A DNA stretch of 20,000 nucleotides from the IMG/VR virus record IMGVR_UViG_3300044674_003822, positions 53,459-73,458 of that record. One strand, given 5' to 3'. Below, piece by piece: positions 7,829-16,239 of the stretch. Source of the DNA: an uncultured virus (IMG/VR IMGVR_UViG_3300044674_003822) (Duplodnaviria > Heunggongvirae > Uroviricota > Caudoviricetes). The stretch's first letter is position 1. Every line of letters begins with the position of its first letter. Below the pieces are notes generated by a model, which ran no database searches, had not been told where the DNA came from, and was given only the letters and a program-made list of their open reading frames with translations. The position numbers and the translations under genes were made by a program.

Positions 7829-8910
7829 TGATAAAGTTCGGTGGAGTGGATAGAATCTATGACGCCTACAGTTGGCGTATCACACGTAGAGCCAAGGAAG
7901 TATGGAGATCGGGCAACGTCATAAGCAGTAGACACACCGAGGGATCCGTACTAGACAAGTTCGAAACGGCAGTGGCCAAGTACACAAAAAGGAAATTTGG
8001 AATAGCAGTGGGCAGTGGTACAGATGCACTGTACTTTGCTCTGAGGGCCAAAGGCATAGGACCAGGAAGTACCGTGTTGTGTCCTGCTGTAAGTTATCTA
8101 GCGACTGCAGAAGCAATAAAAAGAACAGGTGCAATAATACAGTTTGTGGACGTTGACAACAAAGGGTTGATAGCGAAACTCCCTGACTTTGGACTACCCA
8201 GTGCTGTGGTATACGTAAACCTTTTCGGAAATCTTGCAGAGTACAGCACATTGAAGGAATACTGCGTGAAAAGACGAATACCTCTGATAGAGGACGCGGC
8301 ACAAAGCCTTGGCAGTTATTACAACAAAGTTCCAAGTGGAAAACTTGGTGACATCAGTTCTTTAAGTTTTGCACCCAGCAAACCATTGCCTTGTTTTGGC
8401 AACGGCGGAATGGTTCTCACAGACAGCCAAGAAGAAGCGGACATGATCAGAAGCCTAAGATACCATGCAGTGGGCACAGGAAAGTTGGAGTATGGGTACA
8501 ACTCTTGTCTCGGCAATGACCATGCAAATATTTTAAATTTTTTATTATCAAAATACAAAAACATACAGGCAAAAACAAAAAAAGTACGTGGGTGGTATGA
8601 GGACAAGTTATTAGACATGGGAATAAGTTCAATACAAACAAGCAACGGAACAGTATCAAACAATCATAAACTTGTTGTAAAAGTCGATGACAGGGATGGC
8701 CTCAAGAATTTTTTGGATAAAAAAGGAATACAAACACAGGTGCACTATCAACAACCTATGTCTAAAATGAAGATGTTTGACACAGGACAAGAGATGCCGA
8801 ATGCTGAAAAGTTTTGCACAAACGTGTTGTCGTTGCCGATACATCCTTTCTTGAAAAAAGCGGAAGTTCTTTATGTGTGTAAATGCATTGGAGAATACTA
8901 TGGCATTTGA
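7828..8910 (+). CDS. DegT/DnrJ/EryC1/StrS family PLP-dependent sugar aminotransferase (copy 1)
   Basis: SGTDAL, FVDVD, EDAAQS, SFAPSKPL (Schiff-base Lys), GNGGM, VHY, LSLPIHP. Start placed at ATG 7828 with AAGGAG upstream, rather than 7786. Confidence 0.92.
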   Translation: MIKFGGVDRIYDAYSWRITRRAKEVWRSGNVISSRHTEGSVLDKFETAVAKYTKRKFGIAVGSGTDALYFALRAKGIGPGSTVLCPAVSYLATAEAIKRTGAIIQFVDVDNKGLIAKLPDFGLPSAVVYVNLFGNLAEYSTLKEYCVKRRIPLIEDAAQSLGSYYNKVPSGKLGDISSLSFAPSKPLPCFGNGGMVLTDSQEEADMIRSLRYHAVGTGKLEYGYNSCLGNDHANILNFLLSKYKNIQAKTKKVRGWYEDKLLDMGISSIQTSNGTVSNNHKLVVKVDDRDGLKNFLDKKGIQTQVHYQQPMSKMKMFDTGQEMPNAEKFCTNVLSLPIHPFLKKAEVLYVCKCIGEYYGI

Positions 8911-10216
8911 TAGTGTACAGGTAAGATTCAGAGATGTAGGAGATTTCAAATCTCCATTCGCCGGCACCAGGGTAGTTCCTTTTGTTGGAAGTTACCTTGA
9001 AATCCTAAGAAGCATAGTTGATGATGTGACCACAGAGTATTTCTGGTTCTTTGCCAACTTCATGGACTTGAAAACCATAGACACAGATTATATTCCAGAG
9101 CAACACGAAAGCAAACAGATACACGTCTGGTACAACACACATCCAAAAGGTGGCAGTAACAAAGAAGGCAATGTTTTCTTAATTCCAACTAAAGAATTCA
9201 AAAAGCAAATACACGATTTGAAATATCTGAGAGACTACAAGGACATAAACTATCATGCACATGACAACCTGTTCCAGCAGTTGCTTCCAAAAACTGCTTT
9301 CAAATTGAAGAATCCATACAAGGTATATGAAACAAATGAATGTTTCTATTCATGGTTGTACAATAAGGACCTTGATATATCTGTGATACCAGATTTCTAC
9401 CCAAGTTTTTGGGAGGATATCAAAATGTATTCATGGGGTAAAACAAAAGATGTCATGCTGGTGCCCAAACAAAAGGATGTCATACAGTTCTATGATATAC
9501 CAAGGAGTGTGCATTATGATCTAGAATACGCAGTCAAACCCATGGACATAATATTCATATCATATGATGAGCCAAGTGCTGAAATCAGATACAACAAACT
9601 CAAAGAACGTTTTCCCAGGGCCAAGTGGTGCAAAGGAATAAAAGGTCAAACATTGGCCTATGTAACGGCCGCCACCATGAGTGAGACAGATTATTTCTTT
9701 GCAGTATTTCCTAAGAACGAGTTGGCAGATGATTTTGATTTCAATTTCCAACCAGACAGAATGCGTAATCCTTGCCATTACATATTCGACTGCTACATAC
9801 CTTCGATAGACCTACGTTACGGTTGGGGAGGTGTGATACTTTACAATAAGGATCTAGTACTGAAGACAACAAAACCTAGTCTTGATTTTACAATGAGCCA
9901 GGCACACCATTCTGTGCCTTTGTTGTCTGCCATCAGCAACTGTAATGAAACTCCATTACTTGCTTACAGGTCATCGTTCAGGGAAGTGATCAAGTTGTTA
10001 CAGATGAAACCAACTGTTGAATCACAATTCAGATTGAGGAAATGGACCACACTAGGTAGCGGTGACAATGCCGAATGGTTGCACAGAGGTGCCATTGATG
10101 GCAAGGAATATTATGAAACACACAAAGACGATTACACCAAACTAATGTACTCTTATGATTATGAATGGATCAAGGATAAACTTAAATCGTCGTACCCAAC
10201 TGAAACTTGGGATTAA
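8900..10216 (+). CDS. Glycosyltransferase-like protein with internal degenerate repeats
   Basis: C-terminal DIIFISYDEP...AAT.SETDYFFAV...YGWGGVILY resembles a GT-A-like domain, but there is no DxD. GGAG at 8890-8893 supports ATG 8900. Confidence 0.55.
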   Translation: MAFDSVQVRFRDVGDFKSPFAGTRVVPFVGSYLEILRSIVDDVTTEYFWFFANFMDLKTIDTDYIPEQHESKQIHVWYNTHPKGGSNKEGNVFLIPTKEFKKQIHDLKYLRDYKDINYHAHDNLFQQLLPKTAFKLKNPYKVYETNECFYSWLYNKDLDISVIPDFYPSFWEDIKMYSWGKTKDVMLVPKQKDVIQFYDIPRSVHYDLEYAVKPMDIIFISYDEPSAEIRYNKLKERFPRAKWCKGIKGQTLAYVTAATMSETDYFFAVFPKNELADDFDFNFQPDRMRNPCHYIFDCYIPSIDLRYGWGGVILYNKDLVLKTTKPSLDFTMSQAHHSVPLLSAISNCNETPLLAYRSSFREVIKLLQMKPTVESQFRLRKWTTLGSGDNAEWLHRGAIDGKEYYETHKDDYTKLMYSYDYEWIKDKLKSSYPTETWD

Positions 10217-11183
10217 TATCTAGATTATCGAAATAGAACGGTTGCTTCAAGAACCAATTTATGTACTTGGGAATGCCGTCTTCTATGTCTATTGTAGGAT
10301 TAAAATTCATCATGGTTTTTGCCTTGTCGCTGTTCAAAGTATCTCTGTTAGGATAGAACGTGTCGTGTGGTTTTGTTATTATTTTTCCTATTCCTAATTT
10401 TGATCGTATTATCTCTGCCGCATCAATTATCTTTCTACCATTACCTCTGGTACAGTTGAAGGTTTCGTTGACTACTTCGTTGGTTGTTGCTAGGGCAAAG
10501 TATTGTGCTACATCTAACACATTTGAAAAATCCAATTTGTTTTCTGGACCTTGCACAGTCATTTCTCCTGTTGTCAGCACATTCTTTAACAATTGGCTGA
10601 TCACTCTTGTTATTGTGTCCTTCTCTCCGTACAATGCAGATGGTCTCATGATGATGTAATCAAGTCCGTGTTCTCTGTGCCATATCTTGCACATTATCTC
10701 ACCTTGCCTTTTGTATGATCCATAAAGTGTGTTCGGCTTTGGCACAACATTTTCGTCTGGTATCTTGTTATCGAACTCTCCGTATACCATACTGCTTGAA
10801 GCATACACTATTTTTTCAACCTTGTGTTTAACACATAAGTCTAAGATGTATGCAGTAGCAGTGACCATGTTGTTGGTTGCGTCTAATACATTTCTTTTGA
10901 CCATTCTTGCGTTTGGATATGTGGCCACGTGTATAACTCTGTCTGGTTTGAAATCTTCAAATGTTTGTTCCATGAACTGTACGTTCTCTATTTGCCCGAT
11001 GTATTCTTTGTCCGTGCTAGTGATTGATTTTCTTTGTGATAAAATAGGATGGTATTCCCAATCAGGAAATGTGTAGTATTGATGATAACAATCAACTATT
11101 CCTATTGTGTGTCCTTCTGCTTTTAATTGTTGGCATATGTGGCTACCTATAAATCCGTATCCGCCTAGTACTAATATTCTCAT
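10182..11183 (-). CDS. NAD-dependent NDP-sugar epimerase/dehydratase (extended SDR)
   Basis: MRILVLGGYGFIG (GxxGxxG), YASSSMVYG, YGSYK (YxxxK), RPSALYG. ATG 11183 overlaps the upstream stop (ATGA). Confidence 0.93.
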   Translation of the reverse strand: MRILVLGGYGFIGSHICQQLKAEGHTIGIVDCYHQYYTFPDWEYHPILSQRKSITSTDKEYIGQIENVQFMEQTFEDFKPDRVIHVATYPNARMVKRNVLDATNNMVTATAYILDLCVKHKVEKIVYASSSMVYGEFDNKIPDENVVPKPNTLYGSYKRQGEIMCKIWHREHGLDYIIMRPSALYGEKDTITRVISQLLKNVLTTGEMTVQGPENKLDFSNVLDVAQYFALATTNEVVNETFNCTRGNGRKIIDAAEIIRSKLGIGKIITKPHDTFYPNRDTLNSDKAKTMMNFNPTIDIEDGIPKYINWFLKQPFYFDNLDINPKFQLGTTI

Positions 11184-11821
11184 ATTGTTCTCCATTTGCA
11201 TTCAAAGGCTTCTGCATATTTAGAGTTGGTCATCTGTGCCCTGTATGCCGCAAGTCCTTTTATGTTGTGTAATAGTGTTTCTGAAAAATAACTGTCATAG
11301 CAACTTACAAGTTCTATTTTTTTATCGATATGATCAGATATGTCTACAAACACGTTGGGGTTAAATTGTTTGTTTTTATTGCTGTAAGGTCCGCCCTCCA
11401 TCAACCAAAATTCACCCTGCCATCTACGCAAAGAAGAATTCACTATGTGAAAAGTGTTCACATGATCTTGATGATGATCACCAGGACTGTGTGTTATGAT
11501 GAGATCATAATTGCCATCGTACACAATGTCATCCATGACTTTTACGAATTTGCTGTTCCATGTGAGTACAGGTCTTCCGTCCTCGTCTGTGGGATTTTTA
11601 AGTATGTTAAATTTGATACCGAAAAGTTCTTCAGATTTCTTGTACTCCTGTTGCATCTTTTCTTTGTCTCTCCAGACACTGGGTTTTGGTGCGTTGTCAT
11701 CCCTGCAGACTACAATGTCAATGTGAGAGCCTTGTGCCTGGTATTTTAATAATGTACCAGAACAACCTAACTCCACATCGTCTGGATGGGCACCTATGGC
11801 TAATATTCTTTTGAAGGACAT
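11180..11821 (-). CDS. PIG-L/LmbE family N-acetylhexosamine de-N-acetylase
   Basis: ILAIGAHPDDVELG, THSPGDHHQDH, FVDIS, KK, YAEAF. AGGAGAGG before ATG 11821. Confidence 0.92.
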   Translation of the reverse strand: MSFKRILAIGAHPDDVELGCSGTLLKYQAQGSHIDIVVCRDDNAPKPSVWRDKEKMQQEYKKSEELFGIKFNILKNPTDEDGRPVLTWNSKFVKVMDDIVYDGNYDLIITHSPGDHHQDHVNTFHIVNSSLRRWQGEFWLMEGGPYSNKNKQFNPNVFVDISDHIDKKIELVSCYDSYFSETLLHNIKGLAAYRAQMTNSKYAEAFECKWRTI

Positions 11822-12714
11822 ATGACCTCTCCTGTCTTTAAACTTTTCTCCATACACTCCACAATGTATGTAACTCTTTTTGTGTGGGCGATGTCCGAAT
11901 CTGGTAATTTGTCTTCTTCACAATAATCTATGAATGCTGTAATTTGTCTCTGCAATGAAGTCTCTGTGTTCTCAAAACTTCTATTTTTATCCATGTGTTG
12001 TATCTGTCGACCATCCTCTATCGTTTGACTTATCCACCTGCTTTTATTCTGTGCATCATTCCAAATCAGTGTGCCTTTGTCTGTGATAACACTGACATCT
12101 CTAACTTTTTCATGATAGTACCAACCCATCTGCAGATGCACAGTTACTTTGCCATATCTTAAATCGCAATTTACGAAATCTGGTTGTGGCTGTCTTATAA
12201 CATGAACACCTTTGCAGTGTATTTCGTCTGGCATAGCGCCTAGTAGGTTATCCAGTATGGCTATGTCGTGTGGTGCATAGTGTAGGATTGGGTTGATGTC
12301 TTTCTGCATTCTACCCCATGCCAGTCTACGATGCTCTATGTGTAATATCTCTTTGTCTACCACTATCTGCTTCAGGTAGTCAAAATGTTCGTTGTATAAT
12401 AGTATGTGTCCGGCCATGAATTTTGCATTGGCAGTGTAGGGTGTTATCTCGTTGCATTCTGCCATGTTCATGAATGCAGGTTTTTCGACCAAAACATTGA
12501 TGCCTTTTCTAAGCATCATTTTTGTAATGTCTTTATGTGTTGACGCAGGAGTGGCAATAATAACACCGTCTATAAGGCTAGGCACGATACCGTCAAGACG
12601 ATCATTTATATCATAAAGAGTAACAGGCAGTTTCATTTTTTTGACCGTGTCGACTATTTTACTTCCCCAATATCCTGTACCAATTACTGCTAATCTCATT
12701 ATACCTGTTGCCAT
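11800..12714 (-). CDS. Gfo/Idh/MocA family NAD-dependent oxidoreductase
   Basis: LAVIGTGYWG, IIATPASTH, VLVEKP, GHILLYN, PHDI. Confidence 0.92.
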   Translation of the reverse strand: MATGIMRLAVIGTGYWGSKIVDTVKKMKLPVTLYDINDRLDGIVPSLIDGVIIATPASTHKDITKMMLRKGINVLVEKPAFMNMAECNEITPYTANAKFMAGHILLYNEHFDYLKQIVVDKEILHIEHRRLAWGRMQKDINPILHYAPHDIAILDNLLGAMPDEIHCKGVHVIRQPQPDFVNCDLRYGKVTVHLQMGWYYHEKVRDVSVITDKGTLIWNDAQNKSRWISQTIEDGRQIQHMDKNRSFENTETSLQRQITAFIDYCEEDKLPDSDIAHTKRVTYIVECMEKSLKTGEVICPSKEY

Positions 12715-13787
12715 TGTTCGTTTATTGTATTTGTCGATTCTTTGACTGCTTTTATTATACTGCTAACCTCTTTATCTGTCAAATACTGATGCACAGGAAT
12801 AGCCAAGGACTCACGACTACAATATTCTGCATTAGGATATGAACCTTTGTCTTTGTATGTTTCTGTCTTGTGTAAAGGAATAGGATAATATCTTCTTGAC
12901 TGTATTCCTTTAGCCAATAAAGTTTTTTCAATTACATTAATATTCTTGTGTTTTATTACGTATTGGTGGTATACGTGTATGCTATTAGTATTTTGCACAG
13001 GTATTTCAACGTCTTTATGTAGGTTTCCATTGTATTGTGTTGCTATGTCTCTGCGTCTAGCATTGTGTTTATCCAGTTCGGGTAGTTTGTTGAGAAGTAT
13101 TTCCGCCTGTATAGAATCCATTCTCGCATTCCATCCTACCATGTTCATGTTGAACCTATCAGATTGTCCGTGGTTTCTTAGTTGTCTGATAATTTTTAAA
13201 TATTTTTCGTCGCCAGTAACAGCACCCGCATCTCCCCAACAACTTAAATTCTTTGTGGGATAGAAACTAAAACAGGTCAGATCAGAGATGCTTCCAACCC
13301 TTTTGCTTTTATAGAAAGCACCTGTACTCTGTGCAGAATCCTGTATCACGGGCACATTAAATTTTTTCAATTCGTCTATGTCACAGACATTGCCATAAAG
13401 ATCCACACCTATTATCGCTTTTGTTTTTTTACTGATCTTTTTAGCAACTTCTTTTGGATCTATGCACATGTCATTGAGGGATATGTCCACGAACACCGGT
13501 GTTGCACCAACCTGTCTTATGACTTCTACCGTGCTCACCCATGTGTACGGTACCGTGATCACTTCGTCTCCTGGACCAACTCCCAATGCCAGCAGTGACA
13601 GTTGTAATGCAGAAGTGCAAGAACTCACTGCGACACATTTTTCTGCTCCACAGTAATCTGCGAACTGCTGTTCGAATTCTTTCACTGCAGGTCCGTTGAT
13701 GAAACTTTTTGATTCCCATGTCTTGGCAAACGCCTTTGATGGGTTCTTAAGTGTACTCTCGTAGCCAAATCCAGATAGTGAAATCAT
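12699..13787 (-). CDS. DegT/DnrJ/EryC1/StrS family sugar aminotransferase (copy 2; WbpE/GnnB-like context)
   Basis: FINGPAVKEFE, SCTSAL, GVGPGDEVI, GATPVFVD, QDSAQS, SFYPTKNL, GDAGA, LRNHG, NARMDSIQA, HVYHQY. Confidence 0.95.
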   Translation of the reverse strand: MISLSGFGYESTLKNPSKAFAKTWESKSFINGPAVKEFEQQFADYCGAEKCVAVSSCTSALQLSLLALGVGPGDEVITVPYTWVSTVEVIRQVGATPVFVDISLNDMCIDPKEVAKKISKKTKAIIGVDLYGNVCDIDELKKFNVPVIQDSAQSTGAFYKSKRVGSISDLTCFSFYPTKNLSCWGDAGAVTGDEKYLKIIRQLRNHGQSDRFNMNMVGWNARMDSIQAEILLNKLPELDKHNARRRDIATQYNGNLHKDVEIPVQNTNSIHVYHQYVIKHKNINVIEKTLLAKGIQSRRYYPIPLHKTETYKDKGSYPNAEYCSRESLAIPVHQYLTDKEVSSIIKAVKESTNTINEQWQQV

Positions 13788-14128
13788 CTTTTGAAAGTTT
13801 TAGACATTAATAAAGAAGTTCTTGATTCCATGTCTCGTTTGAGACTCGGTATATCGAATTTCATATCAACAGTCTTTATTTTGATGTAGTTTTGTTCTAT
13901 TGTTTTTTTGAGGAAACGTGCAATGACGTTTTGATTTTTCTTTTTAAGTTCCTTGGCTATGTCGTAGTGTATGGTGACGTTGTTCTTTAGTATGATGTTG
14001 ACATACAACAGGTACTTGACCGGCATGTTCTGGAAGTGTAAACCATCCAGTACCTCCGGCCATTCCTTGACGAAATCTCTCGTCAACTGTACCCATGTAC
14101 TATTCTTTGGCGGTTGTCTTTTTGGCAT
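13784..14128 (-). CDS. Hypothetical basic protein
   Basis: Stop overlaps the next ATG (ATGA at 13784-13787). ATG 14128 (MPKRQPPK) preferred over TTG 14176. No family recognised. Confidence 0.7.
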   Translation of the reverse strand: MPKRQPPKNSTWVQLTRDFVKEWPEVLDGLHFQNMPVKYLLYVNIILKNNVTIHYDIAKELKKKNQNVIARFLKKTIEQNYIKIKTVDMKFDIPSLKRDMESRTSLLMSKTFKR

Positions 14129-14642
14129 CCGCTTTTTTAGTAGTTTTCTTAGCAGGTGCCTCTGGATCTTTTGCAAGGTCCTTGACAGAGATGCCTTTTT
14201 CTTTTGCTATAATCTCGTTCAATTTGTTCAACAAGATTCTACCATCCTTTTCGTTACCGTATGTGACCATTATTTGATTGGTCTTGAACTTCTTGATGTA
14301 GTTGTCGTTGTGAAGCATAGACAACATGTTAGTTCCATCTGGGAACGTTTGTCTGCTGGCGTAGTCGGCAAATTCATCTGCATCCTGTCCACCATCTGAT
14401 TCAACTGCTTTCATCAAAGCATTGTGGTATTGGTCAGGTAAGAATTTTGTACCAACCACTAGGCAGTTGTCTGCCTCACCTGGTACTGTCCTGTACATGA
14501 TCACCACTTTTGCCTTAGACTCGTCCGCAAGTTCTCCTATGTGCTTATAGTGTCTCTTTGGACCTGTCTGACCATCGCCTGCCTGTCCGGTGTTGTCACC
14601 CATTGGCATGGCCTGGTCGTTCACATTCATTAGTGTTGCCAT
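14100..14642 (-). CDS. Hypothetical protein with Lys/Ala/Thr-rich C-terminal tail
   Basis: 180-aa ORF starting 1 nt after the upstream stop; tail PAKKTTKKADAKKTTAKE. Confidence 0.8.
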   Translation of the reverse strand: MATLMNVNDQAMPMGDNTGQAGDGQTGPKRHYKHIGELADESKAKVVIMYRTVPGEADNCLVVGTKFLPDQYHNALMKAVESDGGQDADEFADYASRQTFPDGTNMLSMLHNDNYIKKFKTNQIMVTYGNEKDGRILLNKLNEIIAKEKGISVKDLAKDPEAPAKKTTKKADAKKTTAKE

Positions 14643-14643
14643 A

Positions 14644-14955
14644 TTATTTTCCTTCCGCAGTCGCTGGTGCTTCTGCTCCCTCAGGTTTTTGTTCTGGTGC
14701 CACTTTGGCTAAGAACGCCTGTAGTTTGTTGTATAAGAATCCAACACCTGCCATTTCATTGGCCTTGAACGCACCCCTAGTGGATGCCACGTCAAGTATG
14801 GTAGATAGATTCTTCAAGTCGCCTATTGACAAAGCAGTTGGATCCGGTTGTGGAGCCTGACCTGCCGCCGCCTGTGGTTGGGCCGTCGCCGTTCCAGTTG
14901 GTGCACTAGCAGTCGCCTTGCTTGGCTTCTTTAAGTTTTTCTTTTTGGTTGCCAT
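14644..14955 (-). CDS. Hypothetical protein (Ala/Pro/Gln-rich N-terminus, helical core)
   Basis: AGGAG ribosome-binding site upstream. The core LSIGDL...IL-DVASTRGAFKANEM..VG..YNKL resembles small unknown proteins I associate with large phages (recollection, not verified). Confidence 0.85.
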   Translation of the reverse strand: MATKKKNLKKPSKATASAPTGTATAQPQAAAGQAPQPDPTALSIGDLKNLSTILDVASTRGAFKANEMAGVGFLYNKLQAFLAKVAPEQKPEGAEAPATAEGK

Positions 14956-14981
14956 TTATTTCTCCTAATTGCAATTGGTAT

Positions 14982-14997
14982 TAATATACGTATATTA
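14982..14997. repeat. Perfect 16-bp palindrome TAATATACGTATATTA
   Basis: Read directly; overlaps the putative -10 box and transcription start region. Confidence 0.85.
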
Positions 14998-15023
14998 TAC
15001 TATAATGTACTTAAGGATAGCAA
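14994..15023 (-). promoter_or_regulatory. Candidate sigma70-type promoter for the 14955-10182 gene block
   Basis: Minus strand TTGCTA (15023-15018), 18 nt, TATAAT (14999-14994), in an AT-rich intergenic gap upstream of an AGGAG site. Confidence 0.55.
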
Positions 15024-15049
15024 CCGCTTATTTTGGACTATCTGAGCCT

Positions 15050-16234
15050 TTAATACTTCAGCAACGTGTTGATATATTTGGTGTACATGGCCTGATCGAA
15101 CTCATGTTTGTTCTTCTTTTTGGTAATACAGTCTAGCAGATTTGGATCAACTATTTCCAACATTTTAGTTTGAATAGTACCGTGGAATGCGTTTTGTAAT
15201 AGGTCCTCAATACTCAAATGCAAGACATGTTTTAAAATTTCCAAATCCTTATAAGGACTCCAGTAAGTTGTTTTTTCAAAAGTCCACCAAAGGAAAGATC
15301 CTCTTATGATTTCAAATATTTTCTTGTATGCTGATTTTTGATCCACTATCTCTTTGGTAATTTCCTGCCAACTAGATTGTCTCTGTTCCATGTCTTCACA
15401 CAGATGTTCGTAACAATACGAACCTTCAAATCTTTTAAATTCTTGCTTGAGGTCTATGTTTTTGCTTTTACATAATACCGCAAGTGGAAGGTAATCCCTG
15501 AAGAAGTATTGATCGCCCATCCATCCATGTGCGAGAGTCACGGGTGTTTCTCCCCAGGTGTGACCATATCTAGTCCATGGTCCATTTTCTTTCTTAATCT
15601 TTTCTCCATTTTTCCAACGGAAGTAGGTCCATTTTTTGTACTCGTAATCTATCACTTCGAAGTTGGCATTGTTCTGTTTTAGTAATGCTATCATCAATGT
15701 GCTGTCGAGACCTCCTGTGGGCACTATCCTGATGGGATCTTTGCACTTCAATATGTAGGTGGACACAGAATTGTTTAGGATGTCCAATGTTTTGTCTGTT
15801 GTTGAATTGATGTCTTTTTGTTCACCGGGCACAAAATCTATTCCCTTGTACTGCGAATTGATCACATTGTTCTCGCAATCTATTTGTAAGGATGTATCGG
15901 GCCAGGCAGTGTCTTGGTGTTTTGTGAGGTTTGTGATAACAACCTTGCCCCGATCAAAGTATATGGGAAATTCTCTGGTGTTGTCGGTCACTATGTAAAT
16001 CTTGTTATTTTTTTGTATTATTGCAGTAAATGATCCGTGTATAGGTTCTGGATTTTCTGGATTTAGAGAGATCAAACAAGCAGGCAGGTCTTGATATGCA
16101 TAACCTTTGTAAATGATTTTTCCATATGTGCCATCAATTTGCGACCAACCCAGATCAGTGGATAAAACGAAATTGTTCATCTCAAAGTGTTTTGGAAAAT
16201 CTATGTTAGACTGTTGTGCTAATTCAAAATACAT
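15050..16234 (-). CDS. Asparagine-synthetase (AsnB)-like protein, divergent
   Basis: IHGSFTAII...IVTDNTREFPIYF resembles the AsnB N-domain GMFAF...ARD..G.KPLYY; PP-loop TGGLDS; HGWMGDQYF resembles SGEGADELF. No N-terminal catalytic Cys. Confidence 0.7.
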   Translation of the reverse strand: MYFELAQQSNIDFPKHFEMNNFVLSTDLGWSQIDGTYGKIIYKGYAYQDLPACLISLNPENPEPIHGSFTAIIQKNNKIYIVTDNTREFPIYFDRGKVVITNLTKHQDTAWPDTSLQIDCENNVINSQYKGIDFVPGEQKDINSTTDKTLDILNNSVSTYILKCKDPIRIVPTGGLDSTLMIALLKQNNANFEVIDYEYKKWTYFRWKNGEKIKKENGPWTRYGHTWGETPVTLAHGWMGDQYFFRDYLPLAVLCKSKNIDLKQEFKRFEGSYCYEHLCEDMEQRQSSWQEITKEIVDQKSAYKKIFEIIRGSFLWWTFEKTTYWSPYKDLEILKHVLHLSIEDLLQNAFHGTIQTKMLEIVDPNLLDCITKKKNKHEFDQAMYTKYINTLLKY

Positions 16235-16239
16235 ACCTA

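Noticed and set aside
233..9778. Minus-strand ORFs in the left half, including the 227-aa ORF at 6683-7366
   Set aside because: They lie antisense to well-supported genes and have no motifs; typical shadow ORFs.
13471..13719. Same-strand alternative-frame ORF (also 19180-19437)
   Set aside because: Fully nested in a longer gene with no RBS or recognisable features.
7828..13787. Ordinary bacterial O-antigen or capsule locus
   Set aside because: No flippase, polymerase, ABC exporter, initiating transferase or housekeeping genes, and the neighbours look phage-like. Not fully excluded without the flanks.
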